This document shows positions 39,909-51,815 of a stretch of 64,000 bases of DNA, one piece after another (positions within the stretch are counted from its first letter, which is position 1; each line of letters starts with the position of its first letter). A program made the position numbers and the translations under genes. Source of the DNA: Octopus sinensis (Eukaryota); contig NC_042999.1 of assembly GCF_006345805.1 (NCBI RefSeq), forward strand, positions 98,890,001 through 98,954,000, read 5' to 3'. The notes under the pieces are model-generated. The model made no database searches. It was not told where the DNA came from and saw only the letters and a list, made by a program, of their open reading frames with translations.

Positions 39909-40228
39909 AAAAGGAAATGAAGAAAATGCTGACAAAATAATTTAAGTAATTTAAGTAATTTAATTAGGTGAAAGTTCTTTTTACCGGTTGCGCATTTGTT
40001 ATGCTTATCAAAAGATGTTTTTTTAAGAGAGATAGAGTTCCTTTCTGATAGATTTTTTCCTCTTATCTGGATAAGAGGAAAAAATCTATCAGAAAGGAAC
40101 TCTATCTCTCTTAAAAAAACATCTTTTGATAAGCATAACAAATGCGCAACCGGTAAAAAGAACTTTCACCTAATTAAATTACTTAAATTACTTAAATTAT
40201 TTTGTCAGCATTTTCTTCATTTCCTTTT
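39909..40228. repeat. Near-perfect 320-bp palindrome (159-bp arms, 2-nt TG centre); inverted PLE pseudo-LTR remnant in (TA)n
   Basis: Arms 39909-40067 and 40070-40228 read as exact reverse complements; each carries a hammerhead-like motif. Confidence 0.92.
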
Positions 40229-40264
40229 TTATATATCACAACTCGTGTTCCACATCTTCTTTTT

Positions 40265-40316
<52 letters not shown>

Positions 40317-40764
40317 ATATAATATATATATATATATATTTGTCAGTGTTTAGGCATAAACAAACTTTAGGTTAGTTACAATATGTTGGTGAAATATTTT
40401 AACTTTTACAGGCAAATTCACTGCAGTTAGTGTGGGGAAAAATTTTTGTCTTTTAGTAAAAGGTGTAAAAATCCAGTGCAGTCCCCCTTTCAAATTCCCA
40501 GATACTGTGTTTCTAGCTTTTTAGCCTTTATCGATGAGAATTACCAAAGTGGGGTAACTCTGGAAAGATTTAAAGCTGTAGTTTTATATATATGTGTGTG
40601 TGTGTTAATGTTATTCTAGCTGGTGACAAATTCAAAAGGAATGATGCCAGGTCACTTAAAATAAAGTACTCAAAAGTCTGAGAGTGAATAAAAAATATTT
40701 AATCTCTAATCATTATCCCAACAAAATACATATTTTGTTTTGCTTATGGTTCATCACCATAGAT

Positions 40765-41388
40765 CAAGGATACACAACCTTTAACATCCAAGGGCCAAAC
40801 CATGAATTAAATCACTTAAAGTGAGCCACAAAGTATATCACATATTTGACCCCACCTGCCATTGGAAGGGGTCAAATAATGCTGTAGAAAATATTAAAAT
40901 ATTTCAGTCCTGATATATACATAAACGTGTACCAAAATATGCATGTAGAAAATCAGTGTTACATAAGGAATAATAAATTTATACATACATCTATTCTGAA
41001 ATATAATAACATACCTTGCATATGAAAAGACACGGTGATGCAACACAGGCACAACCTTCTTGTATGCCACGCAACGAGTTACTGGAAACTAAATTATTAG
41101 CAACAAGCATCCTAAACTTGCTTAAAACACGTTCTAACAAGTTCATACCTTGTACTCCGCAAAATGGATATGACAATCTACTCTATAAAGACATGAAAGA
41201 TATAAAAGGAAATATAATAATAAAAGTTCATAAATAAATACTATTACATGTATTTTCAGTGTGCGATTGTGGGACAAGCAGTTTGCCATGTTAATCTTCA
41301 GTTATTTCTCTAAATAAGAAAGTCTTTGCAAAATGGTTTTGCAGGCTGTAAAAAAATGCTTTTGTGGGCTGCAGGTTGTGCATTGCTG
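40765..41388. mobile_element. Non-autonomous hAT-type DNA transposon
   Basis: TIRs caaggatacacaacct / aggttgtgcattgctg; 8-bp TSD ccatagat (40757-40764) / ccataaat (41389-41396). Confidence 0.7.
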
Positions 41389-42019
41389 CCATAAATGATA
41401 CAATATATATATTTTGTTGGACTAACAACTATGGAATAACTATGTCTTTCTCTGCCACTTACTATTTCCCCCCTACTCACTCAATCATCCATTCTGTCCT
41501 TCATACATACTCCTCTTTTGTATCCTGCTGTTACTGCTGCTATGTGTGACTAATTTAAATCCCTTTCCTTCATTCTATCATTTGTGAATACTGCTGAGGT
41601 TAGACTTTATTCATTGTAGTTATTTTCCTCTTGTTTACAATGAGACAAAAGTCATTTTCTTTGTGATTGTAACTGGGATGTTTGTTGCCTTTTCCATGCC
41701 TTGTCAAAGCATTACAATACATCTGTGTATGTATATTTCGATAGAACTGTATTATGTTTTCCTGTCCATAGTGCGCCATCTCTTTGTTTGTTGTTGTCCC
41801 CTTCATTTTATTATCTTTTCTATATAATATCTACCAACTGAGTGATATAAACTATCAATAGAGCAACACGAGGAGTAGTGCCAGAGAATTTAATGTCTTT
41901 AGATTTTGAAAGTGCTGAGACTAAAATGATTCTGGTCTCCAGGGCTGATGATAGGGTGTTTCATGTTTAATTTGTTCTTTTTCCATTAATCATTTCTATA
42001 TTCCACTTTGATTTTTACT

Positions 42020-42103
42020 ATATATATATATATGTGTGTATGTGTGTATGCATGAATAGATGATATCTATATATGTATGTATGTATGAATGTATATATAT
42101 ATG

Positions 42104-42135
<32 letters not shown>

Positions 42136-42155
42136 TGTATGTATATATATGTAGG

Positions 42156-42188
<33 letters not shown>

Positions 42189-42845
42189 ATATGTATGTAT
42201 ATATATATATATGTTTGTATATATGTATGTATGTATATATATATGTTTGTATATATGTATGTATATATATATGTATGTATATATGTATGTATGTATATAT
42301 ATATATATGTATGTATATATGTATGTATATATATATATGTATGTATATATGTATGTATGTATAATATATATATATATGTATGTCATCATCATCATCATCA
42401 TTGTTTAATGTCTGATGATGATGATGATGACATACATATATATATATATATACATTGGCGTTAGGAAGGGCATCCAGCCGTAGAAACACTGCCAGATCTG
42501 ACTGGGCCTGATGAAGCCTTCCAGCTTCACAGACCCCAGTTGAACCGTCCAACCCATGCTAGCATGGAGAACGGACGCTAAATGATGATGATGATGATAT
42601 ATGCATGTATATATATATGTATTATGTGTATGTATATATATATATATATATATACATATATATTATGTGTATGTATATATATATATATGTATTATGTGTA
42701 TGTATATATGTATTATGTGTATGTATATATATATATATGTATTATGTGTATGTATATATATATATGTATTATGTGTATGTATATATATATATATATATGT
42801 ATTATGTGTATGTATATATGTATGTATGTATGTATGTATATATTT
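42020..42845. repeat. (TA)/(TATG) microsatellite field containing an RTE 3' tail (42457-42597, +)
   Basis: Read directly; ggcgttaggaagggcatccagcc...gctaaatgatgatg. Confidence 0.85.
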
Positions 42846-43051
42846 TCATAATAATAAGGGAATACCAATTCCGGCATCACAGGGATGAGATATTCAAGTT
42901 AAGAATATTAAGTTGAATAATTCTCAATAAATAAATGCATATACATCAAAGTACCATTAGAGACAGAAGTCCCCGTAAAATTCATCAAATCAGAATATCA
43001 ATTCAACCATGTCATAGAATATTATATTTAATACTATTTATGTTCAAAGTT

Positions 43052-43151
43052 ATCGACTACATGTGTTTCATGATGTTGTATACTATGTTCATGAGACACG
43101 CAGTCTCTTACAGAACCTCCCCTTATATACAACCCCAATCTTCAGGTCCAC
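43052..43151 (-). ncRNA. Type I hammerhead ribozyme motif with extended stem II
   Basis: Minus strand: gtgGAC CTGAAGA T TGGGGTTGTAT ...insert... ATACAACATCA T GAAAC ACAT GT A GTCgat. Confidence 0.65.
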
Positions 43152-43613
43152 CTATCTCCCATTTATAACTTTATCTATCATTATATATTTCAACTTAAAG
43201 CTATATCAAACTATACAGATGTATAAATAAATTCCTAGTATGTCAACACATATAGATGTGTAAATAAATTCATTGAACCCTGCAGTTTAAGCCATAATTA
43301 ATTAAGAATTAAATGTGAATTATGCCTAAAAAATATATATATAAAGGAAAAGATATATATACGAATGAGAAAATATATATGAATGCAGAAAGAAATATAT
43401 ACTAATGAGAAGAAAATATAAAATTATAAGAATAAAAATTAAAAAGATATATATATATATCCAAATGAAGAGGACGATTAAGAAACGAATGGAAACTAAT
43501 ATGGATGACAAAAATGTTAACTTTCAAGATGTAAATTTAAATATTAACTCTTCATTGTAGTAGTTAGCATGTTTTTGAAAGATCTCATAATTCAATGAGA
43601 GAATTGAAATTCT

Positions 43614-43850
43614 TAAGTTAAGGTAAGTTAAGTTAAGTTAAGTTTAGTTAATTTTTTGGCTCAAAAAGTAAAAAGCAAGGCTATGTAGGGGGACATGGAG
43701 TTATGTACAGGGTGGTGTTCATGCAAAGAGCTCAGGCCATTTGTGGTCAAGGGAGACTTTGAATCGAGCAGTCGTCGGCATCTTCACTATCTCGTCCGGC
43801 AGCTTATTCCACGTATCCGCAACCCGGACAGAGAAAGCCTCTCTCCTTCG
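43614..43850 (-). mobile_element. CR1-type LINE 3' end with (AACTT)n tail, inserted in the PLE
   Basis: RREAFSVRVADTWNKLPDEIV..FKVSLD motif; tandem taagt repeats at 43614-43650. Confidence 0.75.
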
Positions 43851-45414
43851 ATTGATGTTATCTATCAATGTTTCCTTTATAGAGGGGATGGTTACTATAT
43901 GCATTTATATTTAAAATTTTCATTCAATTTATAGAAAGGTTGTATCATCCCAGTTGCAATATTCAAATTTGCATCTAGAAAGTTAACATTATAATGTTCC
44001 TTATAAATTGTAGTTTCTAAACCATATATTTAAAAAAAAAACAGTATAATTTCTTTTTATAATTTTCCAGAGTCCATCTCGTACAGTTTTTTGTTATCAA
44101 AAGCAAATCGTCTCTATATAACTCCCCATCTATTTTTAGATTTTCTAGTTTTAATTCCAAAAGTAAATATATCCCTACAAGGTCAGTTACATGTGCTGAG
44201 TCTGGCACCCCCTATCAAAGTTCTCCCTAGTATCTTTTCTTGCCCATATTTTATTATTGTATTTTATGAGTGATTTCCTTGCCATTTGGACTACCTTAAT
44301 TTCCTCCATAGTCATTCCCATTTTGTTTTTAGCATACATTAAAGCCTTATTCAGCACTATCTCATTTATCGATGCATAATAATTGTCAGTATCTATTTGT
44401 ATAAATTTATATTCCTTACTGTTTTTTATATTTTTAGACCATTCTAACATTTCCATTGTACTGCCCCATAATTTTAGGTGATCTAAATTATTTAATTTCT
44501 TTATATATTTTCCTAATATCATTTTACTTAATTTCCCTAAGTCCGACTTACATGGGCATATTAATCGGACTTTAGGGTCTGTGTAGAAATTATCCTTGGG
44601 TGCAACAGCATATAAGGTTCTGTTTTTTTATCTAATTCATAATTAGTCATTATTTCTTTATATCTTTTATTTATTTTCTCTAAAGTATTATTTTGAACTA
44701 TTTTATATTTTTTATTGAATTCTTTCTCTAGTAAGCTATCATATGTGTTTATGTCTAATCTATATAAATTTCTAGTTTTATCAGGTTGTACGAAAACTCC
44801 TTCTGTATTTCTAAGTTCTTTCATTTTAATGGCTAAGTTTTTAAGATATTTATTATGCCTATTCTGGTATTTATAGAATTTTATATTTTTTACTATTTCC
44901 CAAATTTTATCTTCCAAATTTTGCAATTCTTTATTATACGGTGGTTCTTTTCTAGATTTAAATTTATTACTAATCAGTTTATTACTCTCTGTATTATTAG
45001 TGTCTAAAGTGTTATAATTATTATTGTAATGTGCTTTCCATTTAAGTCTGTTTATAAAATTCTTTATACTATTAATTAATTTAATCTTAAATTCTTTTTT
45101 TTGGTGGAATCTGAATGTCTTTCAATGATGAATTCCACTCAAGGGGTACTATCTTTCCTGTGTATGCCATACTTAATTGTTAGTTCAAACCTAGCCAATT
45201 AAAATTAGGTTATTATATAATTATATTATATCTTTATAATAATAAGGGAATATCAATTCCGGCGTCACAGGGATGAGATATTCAAGTTAAGAATATTAAG
45301 TTGAATTATTCTCAATCAATAAATACATATATGTCAAAGTATCATTAGAGACAGAAATCCACATAAAATTCATCAAATCAGAATATCAATTCAACCATAT
45401 CATAGAATATTATG

Positions 45415-46390
45415 GGTGTGTTCATTGACCTGTTTCTCAACAACACTCCACACATAATAGTCCAATGGATTGAAATCTGGGGAATTAGGAAGCCAAATTT
45501 TAGGGGTTATGTGATCATGAAAATTTTCAGCCATCCATTCCTGTCTTACTAGTGCTATGTGTGATAGTGCAGAGTCTTACTGAAGCACATATGGCCTTCC
45601 ATTGCATACACTGTCTATCTAGGAATTAACAATTATTTCCAGGACCTCAATGTAGGCCTTGTGGAAAGAAGTAAGGAGGCATCACATGTCCTTAATTGCT
45701 GACAACCCCTAAAACCATGACAGTTGTAGGAAATTTTGTAAGCATAATACTTGGAACTTCAGAAGAGTCTGCACATAACCATCTGCCATTTCTTCTGTTT
45801 ACTCTTTGATTTTGTTTGAAGTTTTTCTCATTTGAGAAAAACCAAATCAAATCTTCTGGATTTTTCAGTTTGTTTAAGAGCCTTTTAGATCTGATGTAGT
45901 GATTTTCTTTTGCTTTTTCTGACAAATTGACCTTTCCTCATCATATAAGACTTATATCTGATGTGTTCGGGGACAACATTTTGACTGTTCTATCTGACGC
46001 ATAGAGATCTTTTGCAGTTGACCTCATGAACTCTCTGGGATTGTAATCAATTGCCTGTTAAACTTGCTGGATAAGTTCAAGTGTTCTGATGATTTTAGAG
46101 CATTTAGAATGCTTTTTATACTTTGATACTGGTGATACATTTCCATCTTCAGTCCCTAGCTCCTTACAAACTTTGTTGATGAAAGATCTGGCAACTTTTA
46201 AAACTTGAGATATTTCTAAATCGCTATACTTAGCCTTTATAACAATAACAGCAGACTTCTACATTTCTTGAGTAAGCTGGGGGGGGGGGTCTGCCATTAT
46301 TATTTTCTGAAACAAAGATTATACAGATTAGCAAAAATTGCAGCAATGACCCCAAAAAAGTATGTCCTCAAATAATTTACAGACCTTGTA
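45415..46390 (-). mobile_element. Decayed Tc1/mariner-superfamily (maT/DD37D-like) transposon, truncated by the PLE
   Basis: WFFSNEKNF..VNRRNGRW..VMVLGVVS and IWLPNSPDFNPLDYYVW; ends at a TA (46389-46390). Confidence 0.78.
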
Positions 46391-46739
46391 TATCAATGCA
46401 TTTTGATTTTGCTGCATTATTTTTCCATGCTTGCAAAGGCTGTTAAATGTTGTAGCTTTGCCCCAAGTCAGTTTGATCAAGTGGATTTATGATCAAATGA
46501 TCATCTGTGATTATCTTATTATTTTTCTTGTTGCAGGGTAACTCAGTGCTATATTATCAAATGTGTCTTCAGGTAACATTGTAGTGTATCGTTTGAGAGA
46601 TATTTGGGTGCTATTTCTTGCAGGTGACTCACAGGGGACTTCTCATTTCTCAGCATGCAAAGGTGGGATGATATTAGTCTGTTGGTTTGTTTGTTGGATC
46701 AGATGTATTTCAATTCTGGATACCCTTTCTACATTGAAT

Positions 46740-46770
<31 letters not shown>

Positions 46771-46825
46771 AAATATAAATTAGAGATAAAACCACTATTA
46801 TGCAATTCAAACAATTACTCCCTAC

Positions 46826-46870
<45 letters not shown>

Positions 46871-46877
46871 CATATAT

Positions 46878-47053
46878 ATATACTTTATTAAAAAGCAGCA
46901 AAAATATCACAAAAACTGTTGCTCAGAGTTTCATGTTCCCATTCGTTGGACAGTTTTCTTTACAATTCTAAAGAAAGCTGTCCAAGGAACGGGAATGTGA
47001 AACTGTGAGTAACAGTTTTTGTGATATTTTTGCTGCTTTTTAATAGAGCATAT
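46878..47053. repeat. ~175-bp imperfect palindrome with a degenerate hammerhead-like motif in each arm
   Basis: Arms of ~84 bp around loop caattc (46963-46968); a single-arm copy at 55800-55880 has a CTGACAA..GAAAC core. Confidence 0.8.
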
Positions 47054-47349
47054 TCTTCTACCTCTGGTATTTGAGTAATATTATTTTCCACCTTGTTTCA
47101 CATTTATGTGTTTACTCTGGAATATATATATAAAATATAGAAGTTAGAATAATGTTCATTACGTATAATTTCTTTATTATAGCAAATTTGGCTTTCAGCA
47201 GTTTCCAGTAGTCATTACAGATAGGTTTACTCAATTTGTCTATTGATCAATTGAAGTAAATTAAAAGACCTAAGAAAATTAATAGCACCTTTGTCAGAGC
47301 CATTGCTGGAACTAACAAACAGAATATTTGGAATGGCTATTGTATGGGA

Positions 47350-48935
47350 TTTTTAAGTAGAAAAGGTAAAGGCAGGTTACAATATAATGATAACAAAAAT
47401 CATAATATACGTAAACTGAATAGGATTAAGAGAAAGATAGAGCGCAAAAAGATGTAACGGAAATAGGTTGCTTCTTGCACTTTTAGGGTGCAACTGGCAC
47501 ATTCACAATTTCCGCTGCTTAAATTTCCAGATTCTACCAGTCAAAGAACTCAAACGCGACAGTAAAAATATATACTCTTTATTGTTCTTATAACAGTAAG
47601 AAATAAGGTGGTATTTGGTTCCGCTTGGTATGGATGTGTCAGAGCTGAAACTTTAACGCTTGTAAGTATCTTACAAGTGCAACAGCAAAACTGAGCTGGT
47701 CAAAATATGGCGTCCTTAGGGAGCAAAGAAAATATGGTCTGCAACAAATGTCTGGTGGAAAGCCTTCTACCCGACTGCTACGTGAATTAGTTGATCACAC
47801 ATATGAACATACGTGCTTTCCCTTCGGTCGCAGTGCCTCAAGTCGCTCTGCTCACTGCTGCTATGCATCTTCCTGTACGCCTTGTAGGTACCTCTCCCCT
47901 GCCTATCAGTTAATGATACATCAGCAATCCCTTCTTCCGGTCTTCGCGCATGCGCGAGAGGGCTCTTCCCCTCTGCCTTTTCTGAGGACGTTGCGCGCGC
48001 GCGCTGTTGGATAGCGTCACTACAAAGATAAACAGGGAAAAGAAACTTACAGAAACTTTATTGTTTTATGCTTCATTTGTGTCCAAATAGATACAAATAT
48101 CCCTAGGAAATTTTTTGCTGCCTTAGATAAGTACTTCCCCACCTTGAACAGGTATGGGAAATTATTTAACAGACACTCTGTAAGATTTGCCTACTCCACT
48201 ATTAGAAACCTTGCACAAATCATAGCATTTCACAACACCCATAGATTAAGGGAATTAGAAAACTCAAAATTGACAGAACTAGACAGGAATAGAATAGGTG
48301 ATAATAAAAACAGCAAGGCCAGGATTAAGACTAATAGGAAGGACAAGATCAATAAAAATGGCACTGAAAAAAAAATGGTACTGGAAATAAGAACAGTAGC
48401 AGTGAGGTAATGGTAATGACAATAGTAGTAACAATATGAATAATGACAGTAATGATATAGGTAATAATGGCAATTGTGTGAATCACTCTAAAAATAGCAA
48501 TAATAGGAAGGAAAGTGCCAGTTGTAACTGTAAGGAATGTGTGTTAAATAAATCTTGCTTAGAAAGGAACATAGTATATCAATATGCAATAATTACACAC
48601 AACACAACTTATGAATAGATAGGATGTTGCACCACAATGTTTAAGCTACGATATTATAACCACATCTTGTCATTTAGGCATAAGAATAAAGAAAATGTGA
48701 CATCAGTTAGCAAGTTGATATGGCAACTTAGGAAAGAAAATGTAGAATATGAACTGAAATGGTCAATCCTCAGTAGAGCTAAACCTTATGAAATAGTTAG
48801 GATGAGATGTAAACTTTGCTTAGAGTAATTATTCCAAATCTTCAACGCAGTAGGTAACCTCATTAACCATAGGCAGGAATTAAGGATAAGCTGTAAACTT
48901 TTTTTTAATAAATCATATAGCAGGTTCCCTAATTA
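47350..48935 (+). mobile_element. Penelope-like element C-terminal fragment (GIY-YIG, Hydra-clade-like), interrupted by a solo LTR
   Basis: LDKYFP..KLFNRHSVRFAYS, CNCKECVLNKSCLERNIVYQ, IG...FKLRYYNH..SFRH, SKLIWQL..KWSIL..RCKLCLE. The left boundary is approximate. Confidence 0.8.
47453..48024 (-). mobile_element. Solo LTR (572 bp, Gypsy-like)
   Basis: TGTA...TACA termini; 4-bp TSD aaga at 47449-47452 and 48025-48028; AATAAA on the minus strand near 47580; CpG-rich. Confidence 0.75.
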
Positions 48936-50464
48936 ACTGTAATAATATAGTGAGAGATACAAGTCAAGATAGGTATAGTGACAAGGTGATAAATGGGAAT
49001 TTCCTAATTTTCCTGTATATGTTTATAGGTCTTCTGCTTATTTTATTTAGCTTCATTTCGTTATGCTTAAAAGACTTAAGATTACTCTACGTAGGTTATA
49101 TTTATATTTATATGTATGTTGGTATACCTATCTACATGCATGTGCTGTGTATGCCTCTGTGTATGTGTGTGTGTAAATGTCTGCATATATATGTGTATGT
49201 GTGCGTGTACGTATGTGTGTGTATGTGTATCTATATATGCATGTATGTGTGTGTATATGTCTATATATGTATATATATATATGTGTGTATATACATATTC
49301 ATACATATGTATGGTTGTGTATGTATGAATAAATGTATATATTTTATCTTGTCCTATATTTTGTCCTATTTTATTCCTATTTTATTCCTTTAAGGTTTTA
49401 TATTTTAACTCGAGTTTTCTACTTTTAACCAGTATTGAGACTATTACCCTCTTATTGTTGTTTTATCATTACCCCTTGGTTATTGGTATTGTTACTTCTG
49501 TTATTATTTGGGAAGATTATTTTATTGTGATTTTGATATTATTGGTTTTAATATCATCATAATTGTTTTGCAGTTCTATATTTAAGAGATGAGGAATTAT
49601 GTACATTATTTACATTTGACGGATATTTGTCCTCATCTTGTTTGTTGTTAACACAGCATTTTGGCTGATGTACCCTCCAGCCTTCTTCAGGTGTCATGGG
49701 GGAATTTTGAACCTGTGTTCTCATTTCTAAGGTATTTTTTGATGTTGTTGTTATTTTCATTATTATTATTATTATTATTATTTTCATTATTATTATTATT
49801 ATTATTATTGTTGTTAGTGTTCAGGTCACTGCTTGGCATCGAACTCAGAATCTTGGGGTTAGTAACTTGCGCTCTTAACCACTACACTATATGCCCATGG
49901 GCAATTATGGAGTGAATTTTAGGGCTTATAAATCTAATATTTTTCTATCTTTTCTTAATACCCTATGTGAAAGGCCTCTCCAAAAAGATACAAAAGATAT
50001 GCAGCCCATATGACATCAGGATAGCATTCAAGAGCAATACAACACTTCGCAAATATCTCCTTCGAGTAAAACCTACTGTAGAAGAGAATATGACCAAAGA
50101 CTACGTGTACTCCATCCCATGCAGCTGTGGTAGGTTATACAAAGGCAAAACATGCCGCCTCCTCAAAATAAGGGTAGACAAACATCACAAAGCTGTGACA
50201 CAAGGAGATATTGATAAATCGGGTATAGCTGATCATGTATGGAAAAATGGAGACCATCTCCTCCTGTGGGATGAAGTTAAAATAATAGACAGGGAACACC
50301 ACTGGAAAATACGAAAACTAAAAGAAGCAGCACATATGCTAGGACACAAGAACCTCCTAAGCAGACCGAGTGCAGATATGAGTAGCATATGGGAACTGGT
50401 ATTATGTATGGATAGAAAAATATTAGATTTATAAGCCCTAAAATTCACTCTATAATTACCCATC

Positions 50465-50536
50465 GGCATATGGTGTAGTGGTTAAGAGCGCAGGCTACTA
50501 ACCCCAAGATTCCGAGTTTGATTCCAAGCAGTGAGC
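50465..50536 (+). other. tRNA-like (Pol III A/B-box) cassette inside the PLE pseudo-LTR; inverted copy at 49824-49895
   Basis: TGGTGTAGTGGTTAAG (A box), CTACTAA loop, GAGTTYGATTCC (B box). The acceptor stem does not pair, so this is not a functional tRNA. Confidence 0.75.
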
Positions 50537-50581
50537 TGAACACTAAAAATAATAATAATAATAATATAATAATAATAATAA

Positions 50582-51695
50582 TGCCCTGATGCAGTACCAG
50601 GCAGTGGCTCTCATGGCTTCTGATCTTAACTGATTGGAAGTGTTATCATGTACATTGTTTTGTCTTGGTATAAAAGATGGGCTACAGCAAATATTCTGCT
50701 CAATACCACAGATTTGCTTGTCAGTTGTTTGACCTTAACCAGTTGAGCATGTGGCTGACGATATGTGCATCTCTGATCACGAGCAGAAGGAGTGGGGGAG
50801 CATCATAGCCATGTGTTGAGAGGGATTCTTTGGGGTTTGAATAGTTCACCTCTGGAAACATGGGTGGTTCTTTCAACATCCTTAAACAACCCTTATTCAG
50901 GGACCGTTTGAGCGGGATAGGCTACTCAACCTGAAGAAAATTCTAACTGGGCCCCACCTGCAAGGTCATGTGCTGTTTATCTTGATATGAGATCACCATG
51001 TCGCACACATATGGTTGTGATGCATGTGCCTGGTGTACCTTTATCAGATGGGTAGTCATGATGGGTATATTGGGCTTCGTATATTTTACCCCAGTGTCAC
51101 TTTGATGGCATGAACTGCTCTCTCACATAATAATAATAATAATATAATAATGCCCTGATGCAGTACCAGGCAGTGGCTCTCATGGCTTCTGATCTTAACT
51201 GATTGGAAGTGTTATCATGTACATTGTTTTGTCTTGGTATAAAAGATGGGCTACAGCAAATATTCTGCTCAATACCACAGATTTGCTTGTCAGTTGTTTG
51301 ACCTTAACCAGTTGAGCATGTGGCTGACGATATGTGCATCTCTGATCACGAGCAGAAGGAGTGGGGGAGCATCATAGCCATGTGTTGAGAGGGATTCTTT
51401 GGGGTTTGAATAGTTCACCTCTGGAAACATGGGTGGTTCTTTCAACATCCTTAAACAACCCTTATTCAGGGACCGTTTGAGCGGGATAGGCTACTCAACC
51501 TGAAGAAAATTCTAACTGGGCCCCACCTGCAAGGTCATGTGCTGTTTATCTTGATATGAGATCACCATGTCGCACACATATGGTTGTGATGCATGTGCCT
51601 GGTGTACCTTTATCAGATGGGTAGTCATGATGGGTATATTGGGCTTCGTATATTTTACCCCAGTGTCACTTTGATGGCATGAACTGCTCTCTCAC
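50582..51695. repeat. Tandem dimer (569-bp period) of an unclassified ~545-bp element inserted in (AAT)n
   Basis: 50582-51126 and 51151-51695 appear identical by eye, including the aatataataa irregularity in the preceding microsatellite. Confidence 0.9.
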
Positions 51696-51772
51696 ATAAT
51701 AATAATAATAATAATAATAATGAAATCAAAAAATATCTTAGGGATAAGATCCCAGGTTCGAAATTTCCCCAA

Positions 51773-51815
51773 GACACCTGAAGAAGGCTGCAGGGTATAT
51801 CAGCCGAAATGTGTT
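51773..51815 (+). ncRNA. Minimal hammerhead ribozyme motif (degenerate stem III); inverted copy at 49650-49695
   Basis: GACAC CTGAAGA A GGCTG cagggtatat CAGCC GAAA t GTGTT. Confidence 0.65.

Larger units (their letters stand above)
42849..45411 (-). mobile_element. Decayed Penelope-like element (Hydra-clade-like) with direct pseudo-LTR repeats
   Basis: ~176-bp direct repeats at 42849-43025 and 45236-45411. The broken ORF starting near 45170 contains INRLKWKAHY, QPDKTRNLY, KFIQIDTDNYYASI, ARKSLI, DLVGIYLL and LYRDDLL. The clade call is inferred from recalled motifs. Confidence 0.82.

Noticed and set aside
39809-40322. Two near-identical ORFs on opposite strands (MLCLSKDVFLREIEF...)
   Set aside because: A consequence of the palindrome; no recognisable protein.
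47350-48935. Selenocysteine-recoding (Naiad-type) PLE
   Set aside because: The endonuclease is C-terminal, Cys positions use TGT/TGC, and the interruptions seen are TAA/TAG or frameshifts.
50465-50536. Functional tRNA-Ser gene (also the SINE head at 33937-34010)
   Set aside because: Acceptor and anticodon stems do not pair properly and there is no terminator; mobile-element-derived.
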